Origin: Octopus sinensis | Taxonomy: Eukaryota | Assembly (NCBI RefSeq): GCF_006345805.1 | Contig: NC_042999.1 | Coordinates: 115,382,001-115,446,000, forward strand | Direction: 5' to 3' | Length of the DNA stretch: 64,000 bases | Notes under the pieces: model-generated | Seen by the model: the letters and a program-made list of their open reading frames with translations, nothing else | What the model was told of the DNA's origin: nothing | Databases searched by the model: none | Shown: positions 27,330 to 37,000 of the stretch, piece by piece | Numbering within the stretch: the first letter of the stretch is position 1 | Layout: each line of letters opens with the position of its first letter | Program-made: the position numbers and the translations under genes

Positions 27330-27960
27330 ATGAGAGCAAATCTGACATCAATTATATGGGGTTGATGTCTTTGCTAGGTTCAAGACCTTTCAATTCTAAG
27401 CTTTGTTTTACATTTGAAATTTCTTCTCTAACTCTTTGATCAGTTCAGCTGTGAGAATTAAGTCATCAACATATAGAAGTTCCTGGTGACAGCCAGTCTT
27501 AAACTTCTCTGTTATGACCAGGAGAACTATAAGTGTAGTTGCTTCCATTTTACAATCTCTCTCAAAGTACTTTGCATCATACCCACCTTGACAATGGCAG
27601 TCTTGAAGCATTGTACCAATCAAGAACAGAAGAGCTTTTTGTGGTGTTTCAGTTGTTTGATGTCTATTTTTCTTATCTGAAAAGGGAGTTGGTGTAGTGA
27701 GGGCTGAGGGCTTCTCATATATGGTCTGATGTTCTAACCTAAGCATGCCACTAGAATGCACAGCAGTAACATAGTGTAAGCCCTGTATATCCAATTAGAA
27801 TTTCTTGTTATTTTTGCCATTTTTTTAATAATTGGATGCTCTCCAATCACAAATCACATTACAATATGGACTGAGTGCATTTTATTGTGCCTACCACATA
27901 GGAGAGGCTGTCATACAGGACTAAAGTGTTCCTACTTCAACATATCAGGTTTTTCTTGTG
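27330..27960 (-). mobile_element. RTE LINE reverse-transcriptase fragment
   Basis: EKFKTGCHQELLYVDDLILTAELIKELEKKFQM parallels the 45360-45460 region. Confidence 0.7.
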
Positions 27961-28741
27961 TGGTTACTCTTCTAGATGGATTGCCTTCACTGCAGCTTAA
28001 GGAATCTTTGTACTAAACTTTATCCAGAATTACTGCTCTACAAGAAGGTTGCTGGAGAATTCAACAGTTTAGTTGGATCTTCATTACACTTGTGGGGCCA
28101 TGTCTCTCCATAATATTGTGATATGTGCACATACATGCCATACTATTAAAGGTACAAACAGTAAGGTGGAGGAGGATTACAATAAATTGGTTAGTTTGAA
28201 TGGAGTGTCTGAGTTTCTAGACTAATTGTATTTTAGACATTACTGTGGTATCATCTATCTCCATGGTATTAGTAATGTATCTAACAACTGGTTGAAACTC
28301 TCCTGAGACTCCCACAGTTTGTCAAGGTTAGTCCTTATAGTGTAGTAAAGATAACTGGGAATGAAGCATTTTTTCAGGTTTCTGATAAAGGGGTTGTTGA
28401 TGGGCTAGTCAGCAAGTAGAATTAAGAAAGCGGAAGCTCTAATTCATGTTAGCCATACTTGTACAGCATCAAATATAGAAAGCACATGCATTTTTAAACA
28501 ATTTTCTTTCACTTTCTGCTAGTTTGCAGCACAGTGTTAAATCATTCTGGAGTGCTTTAAAGACACACAACTAAAGATAACATTGCAGGTAATGGAAAAG
28601 ATGATTATTTTATATTATACAAGACTATAGTGGAAACACAAGAACAGTCTCCTAGATTACTTTGAATGAGTCTAATATACGATATCATGGTAGAAAGAGA
28701 TTAGTTTTTCTGGCTAGAGTTAGAATAAATAGCTAGTCATT

Positions 28742-28886
28742 TTCTGTTGTGTCTGGGGAGAGTCATTCTCTTTTAGTGCCTTATTATTTAACACACTCAC
28801 CGGTAAAATTTCCACTTATTTCTTATTTTTATTTTCTAAAATTTTCGTTGTGTCTTGCAACCTGACTCTCCCCAGACACAATAGAA
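28742..28886. mobile_element. MITE-like element with 24-bp inverted ends
   Basis: TTCTGTTGTGTCTGGGGAGAGTCA (28742-65) / TGACTCTCCCCAGACACAATAGAA (28863-86). Confidence 0.65.
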
Positions 28887-29097
28887 TATGCTTCAACACA
28901 TGAACTCATATAAAGAATCTTGCAAACCAAATCCAAAAACGAAATAGCAAATCATGTTTGAGGGGAAACAAATGGAAAAAAACAATTTTTGATATTTTTG
29001 AAGAGAGATCCTAATCAACATGACAATATCATCATCATGATCATTGAGCTCATTCATCAATTATATGGGGTTGATGGAACTTGCAACAACTCATAAT

Positions 29098-29340
29098 AGT
29101 TTTATTATTTCTTTACTACCCACAAGGGGCTAAACACAGAGAGGACAAACAAGGACAGACAAATGGATTAAGTCGATTACATCGACCCCAGTGTGTAACT
29201 GGTACTTAATTTATCGACCCCGAAAGGATGAAAGGTAAAGTCGACCTCGGCGGAATTTGAACTCAGAACGTAATGGCAGACGAAATACGACTACGCATTT
29301 CGCCCGGCGTGCTAACGTTTCTGCCAGCTCGCCGCCTTAA
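29098..29340 (-). mobile_element. tRNA-derived SINE family 2 (Nin-domain-like core)
   Basis: B-box-like GAGTTCAAATTCC; core CCTTTCATCCTTTCGGGGTCGATAAATTAAGTACCAG. Confidence 0.75.
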
Positions 29341-29630
29341 TCATCATAATTTTATGTCTGCTTTTCCATGTTGGCATGGTTTGGCTGGGCAGTCACAATC
29401 CAAGTCAGTTCTTACTCAGAGTTACTTCTAAACAGAGTTAAACTTTTCTTTTTCTGCATGGTTTTATAGCTGACTGCTTTTTCAATCACCAACTACTTTA
29501 CAATGTATATTAGGTGCATTTTATAATGACACTACACAAAAAGATTATCTTGTGTCTGTTAAGACTAGAAAGCCCTCTCAATTGTTTCTGCTCACAAGCA
29601 CGCAAAAAAAGAAACGCAATTTATCTTTAA

Positions 29631-29697
29631 GCAAGTCTGAAGAGTCATCAATATTGTCAAGTGTAATAGTTGAGACATGAAACCGTTGGTAACATTC
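29631..29697 (+). ncRNA. Degenerate Penelope-type minimal hammerhead motif
   Basis: CTGAAGA 29637-43; stem II GTC/TCAA/TATT pairs with AATA/TTGA/GAC; GAAACC-GTT-GGTA gives a 3-bp stem III with a GUA site; stem I only 2-3 bp. Confidence 0.45.
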
Positions 29698-32600
29698 TGA
29701 CTAGTTATATATCATAACTCGTAATATACAGCTTGAAAATATAAAAATATAACAGTCCTATTTCTCTTTTAGAATGTTTATTTTTCTGATTTATGGACAA
29801 CTATATATTTTCTGAGCGTCCAATAATACTTTATTTGTTCCACGTCCTTGCGTTGTTGTGTTTTTTTTTGTTTTCTTGTTTGGATTAACTATATATACAC
29901 ACCTGCTTGTTGCTTATACACCTGTCTTCATCTTGTTTTTCTGTAAATTTCAACTATACATATGTATGTATAAATAGCCTTTATACATTTCAGCTCAAAG
30001 GCCGTGACCACACACACGTAATGTATTATCTTGTATCCAATGAATAAGGGCCAAAGAATTTTACTTTTTTCCTCCTTTCCCTTCTTTCTTGCTTTTACAT
30101 TCCTTTCTTTTTCCCTTTTCTCTCCCTCCTCCCCCACACAAGGGGATGCTTTTCAGGATGATCTTGATAAAAAGAAAAGTTTGCAAATCGCCACACAGTG
30201 ATTTGCATAAGGTGTTAATGACTGATAGCAACAGTAGTTGCAAGTATGCCACAAAGGCATGAACAGCAGACCTCAATTGACTCTCATGAGTTTCTTCTAC
30301 CTTTTGACGGGTCTTGGATTTCATCCCACAGGGTGTCCAGAAATCACCCTCATCACCAAGCAAGCTAAGTGGGGTTGTTGGTTTAGTAGCCAATGACCCA
30401 GCCATGTGATAGGTCGTACTGGGTTATGTTACCAGTAGCACTTGAAAACAACCAATCAGTGTGTGTGTTTGTGTGTGTGCACGTGACAAAATTACAACAG
30501 TAATTTTCTCTTAGAGCACATTATATCTTCTATATCTGAAAACCTGGGTAGACTGCCTCCAAAATTAACAGCATCAAAAGAAACTGATATGTGAAATACG
30601 TTTAATGTAACTGTGCCATTAGATATGCATAAGATACATGTAATGTGGTCATTATCTACATAATAATACTAACTCGATCCAGAAATTGAGAATTATTCAC
30701 CAATCAAGAATGCGCGCGCGTGTGTAAGTATGAGAGGCAGAGAGTGAAAGAGGGGGGGATGAGTGAGTGTGTGTTTGTGTACGTGCGTGTGAGTCTATGC
30801 ATGCGTGCATGTATGAATGCAAAAGAGAGAATGTACGTTACTTTTTACTCTTTAAGCTACTGCAATTGATAGTAATTAATTGCGAATTATTAGTTAACGT
30901 AAGATAATGCATTTGTCTCAGTGAATAATAAAGGGAATTGCGTTGAGAATACGCTTTACTCAATCCTTTCACAATAATAGGATTTAAGTGTTTATAAATA
31001 GCTGCGGTGAACTGATTGGTGACGGGAGGTGAAGAGAAGGTAATTTTAGAGAAAGCCAGCATGGTCAAAGTCAGAGCTGTAAAGGTGCGAAATCACACAC
31101 ACACATGAATGATTGATGTTAGTGAAAAAGGAGGGAGGCCTACGATTTTTAATCTAAAGAAAGGTTTATAACTGAAGTTATTGAGAATCATTACTGGTAA
31201 GCAGTAGTAGGGGATTGACACCTGTATATATCGGTATAGAAGTTCGCAACATGTATCGAGTAGGTATATTAATTACGCCTATATGTGTATCAGAAAAAAT
31301 AAAAAATAAACTACATTGCAGTCGAAGTTGACAGCAAGTCTTCACTTCAACAAATTTTCAAAAGCAAAGGATTAAGGCGCATATATATATATATATATAT
31401 ATATTTGAAAATGAATACATATATATTTACAAATACATACACACATTTTTTACATATATATGTGTGTACATATGCATTTGTATCTCTCTCTCTCTCTCTC
31501 TCTACGCACACACAACTGTTTCCATGCGTCTCGGTATACAAGCATACACACACGGCTTCGGAAATGCAAATCTGTTTAATTTGTAGCAAAGGACACAAAT
31601 CTCAAACATCTATCAACGCATTTGATGGTTTCTATTGCTTGTATTATATTTTTTACACATAAATTTCCCGCACTTGTTATACCGACTTCAAAAGGTTCAT
31701 AGGCTGAGTCAGAGGGTGATTGATTTCTTTGACACGACACAAGCTCGAAGTTTTATAGACAGAGGCAGAGTCGACTAAATGAATGCTGTTATAACTACCT
31801 ATTGTATCTATTTCTCGAGAGAATTATAGGCAATAAGTAAAATATAGACAGAGAAGGTGCAAAGAAGGCGGAAGAAAATGTGCGCTTGATTGGTAGTAAC
31901 CAACGAGTGAGGGCAGAAATATCCGGACCAAGGAAGTACCTACGTGCATGTTCGACCTTCTAGAAGTAGCAGCCCTATCTTCCTCAAAATCACACCTGAG
32001 CATCCTAGAAAAGACACTAAGCAGTGTAGTCTGAAATACACTGGGCCTGAATAAAACATAAGTTGGTCACGGATGGAATATCTTTGATCAAAGGTCTACT
32101 CGCCCAGGGCTAAACGACAAAATCAACAACCATCTCTTATATGTATATGTGTGTGTATTCGTTATACAAACAAGATAAATAGAACTAAAAACATGAGCAC
32201 ACACATATACATACACTCACAATTTTTAATTGGCAGAAGTTACAAAGTAACTCAAGGATCGAAAGTTTCGTGTGTGGCACACACAAGCATGCATGTATGT
32301 ATGTATGTATGCCTCAATGTAAGTGGGTATGCCCCTCCCCCCCCTTCTATGCATGCTCAGCAAAGACGTAATATTATACGAACTATTCAAGACAACAGGT
32401 ATGAAATCAGGTATAAATTCTAAGCGAAGAAATCGTGAAGACAAATTATGTTTCAGACTATAATGAAAAGCGCTAAGCACGGAACTTGCAACAACTCATA
32501 ATAAAAATATAACGAATTGATTAATTTAAGTTTCCACGGCTTGCTTCTTGTGTGCATGGTGCATAAGATATGTGTGTGCATGTGTCACCAGAGGGGCCTG

Positions 32601-33129
32601 TGACACTGTGATACGTGTACTTTGCGTTGTGCATGTGCTTGTGTTTATTTGTGTAGTGTATATAAGCGGTGAGTGAGATGTGTGCGCCTAGAGAGATATG
32701 TAAATATGTGTGGGGGGGGGGGGAGTGCACGTGTATGGTGCTTCATGCATGTATGTGTGTAGAGTGTGTACCTGTGTGTATATGAAATACGACTATGCGT
32801 GTGGTGCACGGGATGTCTGTGATTTATTGTATCTGTGCGCATAGGTGTCGTATATGTGTTGTGAGCGATGTATGGTGTGTGTGCAGTGTATGTGAGGTAT
32901 AGTGATAAATATACATATATATGGCTGTAGTACATATGTGTGACGTGTGTGAAGTATGCAAGTGTGTATTACTTGAATATTGTTAATGTAATGTAATGTA
33001 ATCTAACCGTGTAGGTGTGTATGAGCGTGCAATTTTATGGATACAGTGTAAGCAGGTCGGTATATGGAAAAGAATATCCATTAACTAAATATTCAGAGTA
33101 TCTCATTGATTTGCAACTTTCTCTACCTC

Positions 33130-33130
<1 letters not shown>

Positions 33131-33176
<46 letters not shown>

Positions 33177-33208
33177 GCGCACGCACATGCACACACACAC
33201 ACACACAC
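33131..33208. repeat. Compound (AC)n(GC)9(AC)n alternating purine-pyrimidine tract
   Basis: 78 bp of uninterrupted alternation. Confidence 0.9.
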
Positions 33209-33579
33209 TTGTTGCTCGAGCTATTTATTTCCAACTACAGAAACTTATTTATTGTTGAGAACAAAAATCATTAATGATCAAGATGTAATCGAATCTCCAT
33301 AAATTTATTTATAACTTCATGTATACACACACAAACAATATGAAAAAAAAAAAAAAGAAAATGTAACGAATTTGCGGATTTGTATATATGCATTTATGCT
33401 TTAATGTGTTTATGTACTTTCCAAACTGAGTATTACATCAATAATATATATCTAAAAATGCCCCTGCCAAAATAATTTAACATTACTATATGCATCTTTC
33501 TTTAAATCACGCATAGCCTTTAACCCGCTAAACAAGAAATCAATAATTATAATATAATAAAGACTTTTTTTCAACTTAC

Positions 33580-33652
33580 CATGGAGATGGACAGTTACAG
33601 AAGTATCAGCACCGCGATCGAGCAATATAATATCTTCTGTTGAATAATTCAT
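33580..33652 (-). CDS. Glucose-6-phosphate 1-epimerase-like (aldose 1-epimerase family), coding exon 1: MNYSTEDIILLDRGADTSVTVHLH(G)
   Basis: ATG at 33652, G|gtaagt donor at 33579, phase 1. LDRGxxTxxTVxLHG matches the N-terminus of invertebrate G6P 1-epimerases and joins in frame to exon 2 at 1306. Confidence 0.78.
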
Positions 33653-33907
33653 GATTTAAAACAAAAATATATTCGCCAATATTAACTGTTATCCTTTTTG
33701 GCTTGTTGTTCAAAGACTTTTTTATGCAATTTGATAATCAAAATGTTTAAGACACGATTGATATTATTGAAAGAAGACGCGAAAACATTGACGGAAAGAA
33801 GAAGAAGACTTCCCTGATTGAAGGAGTGACCGTGTCGTCTGCCTCGACTAGGCACGTGGGTGGTACTACGGTATGACGTCACTTCCGTTACACGATCGAA
33901 AATGGCG
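33653..33907. promoter_or_regulatory. Bidirectional promoter shared by the G6P-epimerase-like gene and PTCD2
   Basis: Start codons are 250 bp apart and divergent; locally CpG-rich. CACGTG 33853-33858; TGACGTCACTTCCG 33874-33887 (reverse complement CGGAAGTGACGTCA, ETS-CRE); AAAATGGCG 33899-33907 (YY1/TISU-like). Confidence 0.75.
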
Positions 33908-34016
33908 ACTCGCTGTTCTCTACATGTGCTTCGCCGAACTTGTCACCTTTACAATTCTTTCGCGTCGTCACCATGGATGTTTACTTCTTATCTCACTCCT
34001 GTCAATATAAAGCCAA
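33902..34016 (+). CDS. PTCD2: PTCD2 exon 1 (MATRCSLHVLRR...VNIKP; putative mitochondrial targeting peptide)
   Basis: ATG 33902 in AAAATGGCG context; donor AA|gtaacc at 34017 gives phase 1, matching exon 2. Confidence 0.75.
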
Positions 34017-37000
34017 GTAACCACTTTCTTCACATTCTTCTACTGTTCCCACTAAGTGTTTAAGTTCGTCTGCAAGAAAGTTGCAATGTTTGTGTGTGTG
34101 TACATATATATAGCACTTATTTTATGTGTGTTTAATAAATTTATATTTATTGATTATTTAACTATTTTAAAGGAAAACATCGTTTATGGATAATCTTTTA
34201 ATGTCTTGTTGGTGGAGGTAAAGAATACTTACACCACTCGTTTTCGGCGTAACAAAAACCCTAACCACTGGGCGTACGTATTCTTTACTTTCGCTGTTGT
34301 GTCTACGGAGAATCATTATACCAATATTATTAACACACGAATTCATAAAGAATTTCGCAAACCGAATACAAAGACGATTTTAATGTGATGTTCTACGCTT
34401 TAGCTCTTTAATAACAATTTAGTAAGTACAATTTACTAAATTGTTATGAAAGAGCTAAAATTTTAATAAAGCAGTGACTTATTTTGAACAGCTGATAGAA
34501 CTACTAAATTGTATTCCTCTATTTTCATTTAATGGTTTGTGAACAAAAACAAATATATAAAAATTCCTCTCGCTCGCTTGCGATACTCTTAATGTCCTTG
34601 AGAAAAAGCATAAATATCAAACATTTCAGTCCCTTTCTATAAATCTCTCGTCTTGAGCTTGTGCTATATCAATAATAACACTTATATAGGGTGCTTAAGC
34701 CAGAATTCCCCCAAAACTTTTAATGATTTTTGAAGGTCAAGTCTTGTAATCTTTAACTATTGTTTTATTAAAAAGATTCTCACTGATTCTTGAACGACCT
34801 CGAGTCTCTGAAAGACATCTTCCCTTAGAATATTATAATTTTATCTTTTGAAAGTTTAAATAATAACATTTTAATTATTCTAGGTTCAGGCTTGGCTGTT
34901 TGGTAAGAAGCTTGCTTCCCAACCACATGGTTCTGAGTTTAATCCCACTGCGTGACACCATGGGCAAGTGTCTTCTACTATAGTCTTGGTCTGACCAAAC
35001 CCCTGTGAATGAATTTGGTAGTATATCATTGTGTCTGTGTTCGTCCCTCATCACCGGTATTGGTGTGTTTACGCCCCCGTAACTCATCGGGTCGACAAAA
35101 GAGACCGATAGAATAAGTACCAGCTTAAAAAAAAAACAGTACTGGGGTCGATACGTTCGACTAAAAAAATTCTTCAAGGCGGTGCCCCAGTATGGCCGCA
35201 GTCTAATACCTGAAACAAGTTAAAAGATGTTTACCGGAAGTTTGTAATCACTGGGTTATGCTGTCTTATTTATGAGTTTGAATTCATTTATACTTTAAGT
35301 TTGGAGCAGACCGTTTTTCTTTTTTTATGTTATCGATTTCTGAATATCTGCGGCTGGCTTTATAAGAATGGTTAGTGATTTTTCGTTGCTAATGAAAGGT
35401 TTTGAGCTCGATTCTGGAGCAGTTGATCCTTTCACCTGTATCACGTAACGTGTTCGCTCTACCTGCTGGGAATAGCAGTTAGGCCTCCATCAAGTCACCC
35501 TATACCTTTAAAAAAATGGTTCTACGATCTACTTAAAAAAATAGTTACGGGAAATTGTACTCTTTGTACACAGATAGGGCCTCACATAGTTGGTAGTGAG
35601 CCAAAGAAGGAGCCTCTCTATTAGCTGTTCTATCTAGAAATAGCAGCCAAATCTCATTCAAATAACATACTACCATTTAAAAACATGAGATACTTTTAAT
35701 AAAAGTAGTTCTAGATATTCCTAACAAGGTAGGATGGTCACAAGTGGAATTTTTTGATCTTAGGCCTGTTTGATTAGCATTTATCTGAGGCCAGACCAAC
35801 CTATTTTCAGCTGGTTGGACTGATCTGTAGTAACACAGTCTTCCTAATGAGATATGGCTCATAACTGTTTATGCAGATGCAACTCTCTCTATATGTTGCA
35901 TAAACTGGGTTATTAACTGAAATTAGGAAAATCCTAAGCTGACTAATCTGCAAAACAAAATTCCATAGATTGTTAAATTTTATTGCTATGATCCATTCCT
36001 CACAGAACTCAAATATATTAACAAACTACAAAATCTCCTTCAGATTAATTATTGCTGACACCCACGTACATCAGTTTCTTTAGATTTGAAGCTTGAGCAA
36101 TTACTAAGATTAATTTTCTTTTACTCAGTTGTAGCCTCCCCACCAAAAATAAAATCAATTTTGACACTATGCTTACTTTTTTTTAAATTTTAGATTGCAG
36201 ACATTTATTCAGTCAGGAGATCTTGGGTTTGGATAATTACCAGCGCCAACGGATTTTAATTACAGATCGACTTGGAGATTTAAGACGTAAGAATTTAATA
36301 TTTGATTTTTCATAGCTTATTCAAAATATTTTAATACTGGTTAGAGTCCCAATAAATATTTTATTTGTCCATTCTTCATATAATTTAATAACAGGATGAC
36401 ACTTGAAGTATTGGAGAGAACGTAATTTAATCATCATTATCTCCTCTTCCCATACTGGAATGGATTGGTTGGTTCAACAGGATCCAATGGTTTTGCTGCA
36501 ATGTCTGAGTTTTAGCACAGTTTCTATGGCTGAACATCCTTCCTGTACAGAGTATATTGGGTACATTTTTCATGGTGAAGTTGCCACCATGTGAGGTTGC
36601 CATGTTACTCACAATATTTTTGAGCTTTAATGGTGGAGGGAACCTGTGGAAGGGGTAGCCCCAGGAAGACATAGGATGAAGTGGTGAGAAAGAACCTTCG
36701 GATGCTGGGCCGCATTGAGGAAATGACAAAGGACTGGGAGTTGTGGTGATTTGTTGTACTTGAAAAGGCACATTAAGCTAGGTAAAATCACCGTCTTCCA
36801 AACACACAGGCTTGTCCTTTCAGATGCTAGTGCCACATAAAATGCAACCATGCCTGTGCTGTGTAAATGCACCTGTGCTGGTAGCACGTAAAAAGCACTC
36901 AACACACTCCGCTAAGTGGTTGGTGTAAGGAAGGACATCCAGCTGTAGAAACAATGCCACAACAGACAGTTGGCATCTGGATAGCTCCCCAGTTGGCCAG

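Noticed and set aside
10085-32935. Numerous 60-130-aa ORFs rich in CV/HT/LS repeats listed in the ORF track
   Set aside because: They are translations of (CA)n, (GA)n and (TA)n microsatellites or SINE bodies, with no splice or homology support.
33682-33882. 66-aa minus-strand ORF over the promoter
   Set aside because: GTG start, no recognisable homology, and it overlaps the promoter and 5' leader of the real gene starting at 33652.
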